From an uncultured Ignavibacteriaceae bacterium (GTDB lineage Bacteria; Bacteroidota; Ignavibacteria; UBA10030), in assembly GCA_964534125.1 (NCBI GenBank), contig CAZHOJ010000001.1, positions 689,484 to 753,483 on the forward strand: DNA of 64,000 nucleotides, in the 5' to 3' direction. Below the pieces are notes generated by a model. That model made no database searches. It had not been told where the DNA came from and saw only the letters and a list, made by a program, of their open reading frames with translations. The translations under genes were made by a program, and so were the position numbers. The first letter of the stretch is position 1. Every line of letters starts with the position of its first letter. This document shows positions 34,620 through 42,580 of the stretch, piece after piece.

Positions 34620-35291
34620 ATGGAACTGATCCTCGCACTCTTCAGCGGCATCACTCTGGGATTCATGCATGCATTCGACATCGACCATATCGTGGCCGTG
34701 TCGAACTTCACAGGCAAGAACGTCAACAAGTGGGCTGCGGCCCGGATGGGCGCGATGTGGGGACTCGGACATACTGCCGTCCTCCTTCTCGTCGGGGGCA
34801 TCCTGATCGTCTTCCGCCTTTCGATCCCGCAGGTTGTCCAGGACTGGTCCGAGGTCCTCGTCGGCGTCCTTCTGGTGGGGCTCGGCCTGTGGACGATCCG
34901 CCGGGTGCTGACCCGGCGCGGGGTGCATATCCACGAGCACGAGCACGGCGGCGAATCGCATGTCCACTTCCATAGTCATGCCGACGATCCCGGCCAGGCC
35001 CACGATCACAGCCACTCCCTGTTCGCACTCGGCGCCGTCCATGGATTCGCCGGGACCGGATCAGTGGTCGTCATGGTCCCGGTCGCTTTCGCTGATGCGT
35101 GGGTCCCGGGCATCGCATTTCTCACGGTGTTCGGCGTCGGATCGATGGTCTCCATGGCGGCATTTTCGCTCCTGCTCTCCACGGCAATGAACACGGCACG
35201 GTCCGATCGCATGCTCACCTCATTGCAGGGATTTGCGGGGCTGGCAAGCCTCACTGTTGGCATCGTCTGGATCTTCGAACGCCTCATCTGA
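34620..35291 (+). CDS. NicO/RcnA-family nickel/cobalt transporter with His-rich loop
   Basis: HAFDIDH signature in TM1, six TM helices, and the loop HIHEHEHGGESHVHFHSHADDPGQAHDHSHS. Confidence 0.7.
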   Translation: MELILALFSGITLGFMHAFDIDHIVAVSNFTGKNVNKWAAARMGAMWGLGHTAVLLLVGGILIVFRLSIPQVVQDWSEVLVGVLLVGLGLWTIRRVLTRRGVHIHEHEHGGESHVHFHSHADDPGQAHDHSHSLFALGAVHGFAGTGSVVVMVPVAFADAWVPGIAFLTVFGVGSMVSMAAFSLLLSTAMNTARSDRMLTSLQGFAGLASLTVGIVWIFERLI

Positions 35292-35307
35292 CAAGGGAAT
35301 ACACCGT

Positions 35308-36570
35308 ATGCTCGACCTGAAGTTCATCCGTGAGAACACCGACATCGTCCGCGAGGGAGCACACGCGAAGGGGATCGACATCGACCTATCGTCCCTTCTC
35401 AGCCTCGACGAAAAGCGCCGGGCACTCATCGTCGAAGGAGAGAAGCTGAAAGCACGGCGCAATCAGCTCTCCGCAGAGATCGGCAAGGCCAAGAAGGCCG
35501 GCGGCGACGCATCCGCACTGCTGACGGAGAGCGAGACCGTCAAGGCACGCGTTCAGGAGATCGATCCGGAGCTCGCAGACATCGAAGTGAAGATCCGGGA
35601 GATCCAGCTTTCCATCCCGAACATTCCGCATCCATCCGTCCCGGTCGGCAGGACACCGGAGGATAATAAGGTCATCTCGACCTGGGGCGACATCGTACGC
35701 CCTGAGGAGCCCCTGAAGCCCCATTGGGACCTGACCGAAAAGCACGGCATCATTGACTTCAACCGGGGGGCCAAGGTCTCCGGAGCCGGATTCCCCTTTT
35801 ACATCGGCAAAGGGGCGAAGCTTGAACGGGCTCTCATTTCCTTCTTCCTCGACCAGAACTCCGGACGCGGGTACACAGAGCTTGCCGCCCCTCTCGTCGT
35901 GAACGAGGACAGCGCACGCGGAACGGGACAGATCCCGGACAAAGAGGACCTGATGTACGTCGTCGAGCGCGACGGGTTCTATATGATCCCGACGGCGGAA
36001 GTGCCTGTCTCCAACTTTCATCGTGACGAGATCCTGCCGGAGGCTTCGCTGCCCGTACGGTACACCTCCTACACGCCCTGCTTCCGCCGTGAGGCAGGGT
36101 CGTACGGCAAGGACGTACGGGGGCTCAATAGGCTTCACCAGTTCGACAAGGTGGAGCTGGTCAAGTTCGTCCGTCCTGAGACCTCGTACGACGAGCTCGA
36201 ATCGCTCCGCGAGGATGCCGAACACCTTCTGCAGCTGCTCAACCTCCCCTATCGCGTCCTGCTTATGTGCACGGGCGACATGGGATTCACACAGACGAAG
36301 AAGTATGACCTCGAAGTGTGGGCCCCCGGACAGCAGCGGTGGCTCGAGGTCTCCTCGTGCAGCAACTTCGAGGCCTTCCAGGCCCGCCGGATGAACCTGC
36401 GCTTCCGCCCGAAGTCGGGCAAGCCCGAGTTCGTTCACACGCTGAACGGATCGGCCCTCGCCCTTCCCCGCGTCCTGGCTGCGCTCATCGAGCATTACCA
36501 GACGCCCGAAGGGAAGATCATCATTCCAAAGGCCCTGCATCCGTACACGGGTTTTGAGGTCATCGGGTAG
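35308..36570 (+). CDS. serS: Seryl-tRNA synthetase
   Basis: Trimmed to ATG 35308, giving MLDLKFIRENTDIVRE. N-terminal coiled-coil arm and class-II motifs (…FRREAGS…, GSALALPRVLAAL). Confidence 0.9.
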   Translation: MLDLKFIRENTDIVREGAHAKGIDIDLSSLLSLDEKRRALIVEGEKLKARRNQLSAEIGKAKKAGGDASALLTESETVKARVQEIDPELADIEVKIREIQLSIPNIPHPSVPVGRTPEDNKVISTWGDIVRPEEPLKPHWDLTEKHGIIDFNRGAKVSGAGFPFYIGKGAKLERALISFFLDQNSGRGYTELAAPLVVNEDSARGTGQIPDKEDLMYVVERDGFYMIPTAEVPVSNFHRDEILPEASLPVRYTSYTPCFRREAGSYGKDVRGLNRLHQFDKVELVKFVRPETSYDELESLREDAEHLLQLLNLPYRVLLMCTGDMGFTQTKKYDLEVWAPGQQRWLEVSSCSNFEAFQARRMNLRFRPKSGKPEFVHTLNGSALALPRVLAALIEHYQTPEGKIIIPKALHPYTGFEVIG

Positions 36571-36576
36571 CCGCGC

Positions 36577-38340
36577 GTGAAGTCACTCCTCCGCCTCGCT
36601 CCATACCTGAAGAAGTACCGTCGCACCCTCCTCTGGGGATTTGTGACGGTCGTCGGCAGCAACATCTTCACGGTCGTCCATCCCCTCTTCCTCGGACGGG
36701 CCATCGACGCCTTCAAGGACGGCGTTGACCAGGGCCTGCCCGTGTATGACGAGCTCTTCGGCTGGGCCGGCCTCATCGTCGGCGTCACCCTCGTCGCGGG
36801 ATTCTTCACCTTCCTCACGCGGCAGACCATCATCGTCACGTCCCGCAACATCGAGTTCGACCTGCGGAACGACCTGCTCGCCCATCTGCAGAAGCTCTCG
36901 ACGTCGTACTTCCAGAACAAGCCGACCGGCGACCTGATGGCCCACGCGACGAACGACATTTCCGCCGTCAGGAACGTTGTCGGGCCGGGCATCATGTACC
37001 CGTCCGACACCATGATGACCTTCGTCATGGTCCTCACGCTCATGTTCGTCCAGGACTGGCAGCTGACACTGTTTACCCTGCTGCCGCTTCCCCTCGTCTC
37101 CATAGCGGTCTACCGCATCGGCAAGCAGGTGAACAAAAAGTTCAACGAACGGCAGGAGCAGTTCTCACGCCTCACCACGAAGGCGCAGGAGAACCTCTCC
37201 GGCATCCGGGTCATCACGTCGTACGTGCGCGAGGCCTTCGAGATCGGGGAGTTCGAGGCGCTGAGCAGGGACTACCTGAAGAAGAACATGGTGCTCGCGC
37301 TGGTCCAGTCGATCATGTGGCCGCTGATGTTCCTGCTCGTCGGCCTTTCCATCGTCATCGCCATCTACCTGGGCGGGCTGAAAGTGATCGACGGGCAGAT
37401 GTCCATCGGGACGCTCACGGCGTTCCTGGGATATCTGACCATGCTCATCTGGCCGATGATCGCGTTCGGCTGGGTGATGAACATGCTCCAGCAGGGAGCG
37501 GCGTCGATGAAGCGGCTCGCGAACATCTTCGATACGCAGCCTGACATCACCGACCCTGCCTCTCCCCCGGACAGCCTCACGGCGCTGGCGGGCAGGATCG
37601 AGTTCCGGGACGTGGGCTTCCGGTACAAGGGGACGGACCGCGAGGTGCTTCGGAACATCGACCTGACCATCGAGGCCGGGATGACGCTTGCCATCGTCGG
37701 CCCGACAGGATGCGGCAAGTCGACCCTGGTCAACCTCATCCCGCGGCTGCACGACGTGGCCGACGGGCAGATCCTCATCGACGGCCATGACGTGCGGGCC
37801 ATCCCGCTTGAACTCCTCCGGTCGTCGATCGGCATGGTCCCGCAAGAGACCTTTCTTTTCTCGGAGACCATCCGGCAGAACATCCGCTACGGCGTACGGA
37901 ACGACGGGGAGACTGCGGACATCGAACAAGCTGCCGTCATCGCCCAGATCGACAAGGATGTCAGGGACTTCCCGGCCCGCTACGACACGCTCGTCGGGGA
38001 ACGGGGCATCACGCTCTCCGGCGGGCAGAAGCAGCGGACGAGCATCGCACGGGCGCTGCATGTGGCCCCGCGCATCCTCATCCTGGACGATGCCCTCTCG
38101 GCTGTGGATACGCATACAGAAGAAGAGATCCTTCGGGGGCTGAGGGGATTCATGCAGCATCGCACGAGCATCCTCATCAGCCATCGCGTCTCGACGGTGA
38201 AGGAAGCCGACATGATCATCGTGATGGAGGACGGCGCCATCGTCGAACGTGGCGACCACGACGAGCTGGTGAAGCTGAACGGCAGATATGCTGAGCTGTA
38301 CAAGCGACAGCTTCTTGAACAAGAACTTGTGGAGCTGTAG
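36577..38340 (+). CDS. ABC exporter half-transporter (TMD+NBD), subunit 1 of a heterodimer
   Basis: GTG start. Six TM helices followed by an NBD with Walker A GPTGCGKST, LSGGQKQR and Walker B ILILDDALS. Confidence 0.85.
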   Translation: MKSLLRLAPYLKKYRRTLLWGFVTVVGSNIFTVVHPLFLGRAIDAFKDGVDQGLPVYDELFGWAGLIVGVTLVAGFFTFLTRQTIIVTSRNIEFDLRNDLLAHLQKLSTSYFQNKPTGDLMAHATNDISAVRNVVGPGIMYPSDTMMTFVMVLTLMFVQDWQLTLFTLLPLPLVSIAVYRIGKQVNKKFNERQEQFSRLTTKAQENLSGIRVITSYVREAFEIGEFEALSRDYLKKNMVLALVQSIMWPLMFLLVGLSIVIAIYLGGLKVIDGQMSIGTLTAFLGYLTMLIWPMIAFGWVMNMLQQGAASMKRLANIFDTQPDITDPASPPDSLTALAGRIEFRDVGFRYKGTDREVLRNIDLTIEAGMTLAIVGPTGCGKSTLVNLIPRLHDVADGQILIDGHDVRAIPLELLRSSIGMVPQETFLFSETIRQNIRYGVRNDGETADIEQAAVIAQIDKDVRDFPARYDTLVGERGITLSGGQKQRTSIARALHVAPRILILDDALSAVDTHTEEEILRGLRGFMQHRTSILISHRVSTVKEADMIIVMEDGAIVERGDHDELVKLNGRYAELYKRQLLEQELVEL

Positions 38341-38358
38341 GCCGAAAATGAAAAATAT

Positions 38359-38453
38359 GACACGGAGACACACGGAGCGTACACGGAGAACCACGGAGGA
38401 ACGCACGGCATTGTCCCCTTCGTCTCTGTGGCCCTCTGTGGCCCTCTGTGGTT
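38359..38453. repeat. Intergenic heptamer array family B: CACGGAG x4-5 followed by CTCTGTGG x3
   Basis: gacacggagacacacggagcgtacacggagaaccacggagga...ctctgtggccctctgtggccctctgtgg. The two halves are near-inverse complements. Related array at 47223..47262. Confidence 0.6.
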
Positions 38454-38472
38454 CTCAGTGTAATCCTCTTTC

Positions 38473-40269
38473 ATGACCGAAGAAGACGTCCTCGGAAAAG
38501 GCTACGACGCCCGCCTGATGCGGCGGCTGCTGGAATATCTGCGGCCGTACAAGTGGCACGTCGCCCTTGGCATCACCATGTCGCTGCTGATGAGCGGGAT
38601 GGAAGCGGTACGTCCGTACTTCACGAAGCTGGCCGTCGACTCCGACATCGCCAACAAGGACAAAGAAGGCCTGCTTGTCACCATCCTCATGTTCCTGGGG
38701 GTCATGGTCGCGCGGGGATTGGTCCAGTATGTGAACGCCTACCTCACGCAGTGGGTCGGTCAGCATGCCATTTTCGACCTGCGGATGCAGATCTTCCGTC
38801 ATCTGCAGTCGCGCTCGCTCCGCTTCTTCGACCGGAACCCCATCGGGCGCCTCATCACCCGCGTGACGAACGACGTGGAGGTGCTCAACGACATGTTCTC
38901 GTCGGGCATCGTCATGGTGTTCACTGATGTGTTCACCATTGCCGGCATCCTCGTCTTCATGTTCATGATGAACGTCGAGCTCGCGCTGGTATCGCTGAGC
39001 GTGCTCCCCTTCCTTTTCTGGGGAACCTTCCTCTTCCGGAAGAAGGCCCGCGAGGCCTATCGCGAGGTCCGGGTCCAGGTGGCGCGCATCAACACGTTCA
39101 TGCAGGAGCACATTTCAGGCATCCTGGTCGACCAGATCTTCCAGCGGCACAAACGCTCGTACAATCAGTTCTCGGACATCAACGCAGCGCACACGGCGGC
39201 GAACGTGAAGTCCATCTTCTATTACTCGGTCTTCTACCCGGGAGTGGACATCATCGGTGCCGTGTCCATCGGCCTTATCATCTGGTATGCGGGGGCGAAC
39301 GCCCTCGAGGGGACCGTCACCATTGGAACGGTCATGGCGTTCGTGCAGTTCAATGAGATGTTCTGGCGGCCTGTGCGGGACCTTTCGGAGAAGTACAATA
39401 TTCTCCAGACCGCCATGGCGTCGTCCGAGCGCATCTTCCAACTGATCGACGACAAGACCCGGATCCCGGAGGCCCCGGAACCGCGCTCGCTGGAACAGGT
39501 CAAGGGAGAGATCGCGTTCCACAATGTCTGGTTCTCGTACGACGCGGCAGAGAGGAAGAATTCTGACCCTACTTACGTGCTGAAGGATATCAGTTTCTCA
39601 GTTGCACCGGGCCAGACGATCGCGTTGGTGGGACACACCGGGGCCGGAAAGTCGTCCATCATCAACCTCATCAGCCGCTTCTACGACATCCAGAAGGGGT
39701 CCATCCTCATCGACGGCATCGATATCAGGGATGTCCGGCTCGAAGACCTTCGGCAGAGCATTGCGGTCGTCCTTCAGGACGTGTTCCTGTTCTCCGGCAC
39801 CATACGGCACAACATCGACCTCGGCAACGAACATATCACGCTCGACAGAGTGAAAGCTGCCGCCCGCGTTGTTGGAGCGCATCGCTTCATCGAGAAGCTC
39901 GAGGGGACCTATGATGCCGAGGTGAAGGAGCGGGGGGCGTCGCTGTCCGTCGGCGAAAAACAGCTCCTGTCGTTCGCCCGGGCCCTTGCCTACAACCCGC
40001 GTATTCTCATCCTGGACGAGGCCACATCGAGCGTCGACACGGAGACCGAGCGCCTGATCCAGACGGCCATTCAGAAGCTGCTCCGCAACAGGACCTCCAT
40101 CGTTATCGCGCACCGGTTGTCGACCATCCAGAAGGCCGATAAGATCCTCGTGCTCCACAAGGGCGAGATACGCGAATCGGGTACCCACGCCGAGCTGCTT
40201 GAACTGGGGGGCATCTACAAGCGGCTCTACGAGCTGCAGTACAAACAGCAGGAGCGTCCCGCGGCTTGA
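38473..40269 (+). CDS. ABC exporter half-transporter (TMD+NBD), subunit 2
   Basis: 598 aa. Walker A GHTGAGKSS, LSVGEKQL and Walker B ILILDEATS. Confidence 0.85.
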   Translation: MTEEDVLGKGYDARLMRRLLEYLRPYKWHVALGITMSLLMSGMEAVRPYFTKLAVDSDIANKDKEGLLVTILMFLGVMVARGLVQYVNAYLTQWVGQHAIFDLRMQIFRHLQSRSLRFFDRNPIGRLITRVTNDVEVLNDMFSSGIVMVFTDVFTIAGILVFMFMMNVELALVSLSVLPFLFWGTFLFRKKAREAYREVRVQVARINTFMQEHISGILVDQIFQRHKRSYNQFSDINAAHTAANVKSIFYYSVFYPGVDIIGAVSIGLIIWYAGANALEGTVTIGTVMAFVQFNEMFWRPVRDLSEKYNILQTAMASSERIFQLIDDKTRIPEAPEPRSLEQVKGEIAFHNVWFSYDAAERKNSDPTYVLKDISFSVAPGQTIALVGHTGAGKSSIINLISRFYDIQKGSILIDGIDIRDVRLEDLRQSIAVVLQDVFLFSGTIRHNIDLGNEHITLDRVKAAARVVGAHRFIEKLEGTYDAEVKERGASLSVGEKQLLSFARALAYNPRILILDEATSSVDTETERLIQTAIQKLLRNRTSIVIAHRLSTIQKADKILVLHKGEIRESGTHAELLELGGIYKRLYELQYKQQERPAA

Positions 40270-40537
40270 CGGCTGTGGGCTTGTTGGTCATCTCGAACGT
40301 GGTACATCGCTACATAGAACCTACCTTTCAATGTGCGGCGAGCGAACCGGCAGGCAAGTACAAAGACCACATGAATATTCTATCTCTCATTTTGTGTTCT
40401 GTGCGTTCTTTGTGGCCAGTTGTCCTGCTCGAAAAGGATCTTTTCATCCTGGGTTCTGGTCATTCTCTGCTTCTTGAACCTCCGGGGAACGATACCTAAT
40501 TTCTTCCACACACTTCCATCTTCAGGATGCACCCCCT

Positions 40538-41560
40538 ATGGCTACACACAGCAAGATCGTCACGATCGAACGGCATATCGTCGATGAACAACGGAAGCAT
40601 CCGGGAGCGACGGGCGACTTCTCCGGACTGATGGGCGATCTTTCGCTTGCTTTCAAGCTCATATGGCGCGAGGTCAGCAAGGCCGGGCTGGTCAATATTC
40701 TCGGTCTCGCCGGGCATCAGAACGTCCATGGCGAGACGGTCAAGAAGCTCGACGTGTTCGCAGACGAGAAGATCTACCAGGCGATGGACCACGGCGGTCA
40801 TCTGTGCGTCATGGCCTCAGAAGAGAACGAGGACGTGCTCCACATCCCGGAGAAATACCCGACGGGAAAATACGTCCTTCTCTACGACCCGCTCGACGGT
40901 TCCTCGAACATCGACGCCAATGTCTCCATCGGAACGATCTTCTCCATCTTCAGAAGGGTCACTCCATCGGGCAAGGGGCGGATGGAGGACTGCCTGCAGC
41001 CGGGATACAAGCAAGTGGCCGCCGGCTACCTCGTCTACGGCTCATCGACGATGTTCGTCTACACCACCGGTGATGGAGTACATGGATTCACGCTCGACCC
41101 GAGCATTGGCGAGTTCCTGCTCTCTCACGAGAACATCCGGATACCGAAGCGGGGAAAGATCTACAGCGTGAACGAAGGGAACTACCGCTGGTGGCACGAC
41201 GGGATGAAGAAGTACGTGAAATACCTGCAGGAGGAGGACAAGGCGACGAGCCGTCCATACTCTGCCCGCTACATCGGTTCCATGATCGCTGACCTCCACA
41301 GAACGCTTCTGTACGGAGGCATTTTCATGTATCCGGGAGATACCCGCAGTCCCAACGGAAAGCTGCGCTTGATGTACGAAGCGAATCCGACGGCGTTCAT
41401 CGTCGAACAGGCGGGCGGCAGGGCCTCGAACGGCGAGAAGCGGATCGTGGACATCATCCCCGGGTCGCTCCACCAACGCACCCCCATCTTCATCGGCAGC
41501 GAAGAGGACGTGACGGAGTGTGAAGAGTTCCTTCGGGGGGAACGAGATCTCTCACAGTGA
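40538..41560 (+). CDS. fbp: Fructose-1,6-bisphosphatase class 1
   Basis: 340 aa. FBPase motifs ([24 protein letters not shown]). Confidence 0.9.
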   Translation: MATHSKIVTIERHIVDEQRKHPGATGDFSGLMGDLSLAFKLIWREVSKAGLVNILGLAGHQNVHGETVKKLDVFADEKIYQAMDHGGHLCVMASEENEDVLHIPEKYPTGKYVLLYDPLDGSSNIDANVSIGTIFSIFRRVTPSGKGRMEDCLQPGYKQVAAGYLVYGSSTMFVYTTGDGVHGFTLDPSIGEFLLSHENIRIPKRGKIYSVNEGNYRWWHDGMKKYVKYLQEEDKATSRPYSARYIGSMIADLHRTLLYGGIFMYPGDTRSPNGKLRLMYEANPTAFIVEQAGGRASNGEKRIVDIIPGSLHQRTPIFIGSEEDVTECEEFLRGERDLSQ

Positions 41561-41624
41561 TCATATCACTCTATTGATTTCTCTGCGGTCTCTAGTGGCT
41601 TCTCTTATGACGCTCTGCGCCCCC

Positions 41625-41678
41625 GCCTGCGTGCCTTGCCTCGACCTCGCGCGGCATGACGGCACTTCGGCCGGCAGG
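41625..41678. repeat. Hairpin repeat element family A, copy 2
   Basis: CGCCTGCGTGCC-N30-GGCACTTCGGCCGGCAGG, ending 6 nt upstream of the GTG start of the DnaQ-like gene. Confidence 0.55.
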
Positions 41679-41683
41679 TCTGC

Positions 41684-42289
41684 GTGAAACTCCTCCCCCT
41701 GGATAGCACCACGTTCGTCGTCGTCGACGTCGAAACGACCGGCATGAACCCTGTCGAGGACAGGATCACCGAGATCGCCATGATGAAGGTGAAGGGCGGC
41801 GTACTCGTCGATGAGTTCTCGACGCTCGTCAATCCCCTCGTTCCCATTCCTCACATGATCACCGGCATTACCGGTATCGACAACATGATGGTGCAGGACG
41901 CGCCGACGGCCCGGGAGATCGCCCCGTACATCAGAGAGTTCCTGAGCGATGCGGTCTTCACGGCCCACAACGCAGCGTTCGACTGGGGATTTGTGACGCA
42001 GACGATGCTTCGGGAAACGGGTCTCGCGCTGGAGAATCCGACGCTCTGCACTGTCAAACTGAGCCGGCGCATCCTGCCGCAGCTGAAGAGCAAATCGCTT
42101 GGACACGTCGCACGCTACCTGGACATCAGGATCCCCGAGAGGCACAGGGCGTCGGGTGATGCCTATGCGACGGCGCTGGTGCTGCTCAAGTACCTGTCGT
42201 ATCTGAAACAGCGGGAAGGGTTTGAATCGGTGGAGGAGGTGCTGGCGTTTCAGAATGCATCAACCTCGAACAGCACTCGAAATGATTGA
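41684..42289 (+). CDS. DnaQ-family (DEDDh) 3'-5' exonuclease domain protein
   Basis: GTG start. Exo I VVVDVETTG, Exo II AHNAAFDWGF and Exo III HRASGDA. Confidence 0.8.
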   Translation: MKLLPLDSTTFVVVDVETTGMNPVEDRITEIAMMKVKGGVLVDEFSTLVNPLVPIPHMITGITGIDNMMVQDAPTAREIAPYIREFLSDAVFTAHNAAFDWGFVTQTMLRETGLALENPTLCTVKLSRRILPQLKSKSLGHVARYLDIRIPERHRASGDAYATALVLLKYLSYLKQREGFESVEEVLAFQNASTSNSTRND

Positions 42290-42318
42290 ATGATCCTCGG
42301 GCAAGGACGATAATGATA

Positions 42319-42350
42319 AGGCCTCCCCGGAAGGAGGCCTTTTGTGTTTC
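42319..42350 (+). terminator. Rho-independent terminator
   Basis: AAGGCCTCC-CCGGA-AGGAGGCCTT followed by TTTGTGTTT, 30 nt after the stop at 42289. Confidence 0.65.
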
Positions 42351-42374
42351 ACTGGCATAGCTCTCGACAATGCG

Positions 42375-42464
42375 CAAGAAAGCCCCCGACGAACGCTTCT
42401 AAGCTCACCGGAGGCTTCTCTGGATTTCCTGCGCTCCCCAGTCTCCGGGGAGCGTGATTTTTTA
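42375..42464. repeat. Repeat family C copy 1 (about 85 nt, contains hairpin GCTCCCC-AGTCTCC-GGGGAGC)
   Basis: ...GAACGCTTCTAAGCTCACCGGAGGCTTCTCTGGATTTCCTGCGCTCCCCAGTCTCCGGGGAGCG. About 85% identical to 45663..45742, in the same orientation. Confidence 0.65.
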
Positions 42465-42580
42465 CTTGTTCGCTTGGAGGCTATATGTGCTCCTCAATAG
42501 ATCAGGTTCTAGTCCTTGTGCCTTATCGGATTCGCTGTTTCATTGTCAATTGCCTGTTGGCGATTGCTAATTCTGCTGCG

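Noticed and set aside
38359-38453. CRISPR array
   Set aside because: The units are 7-10 nt tandem heptamers without spacers of 25-40 nt, and there are no cas genes. This is not a CRISPR array.
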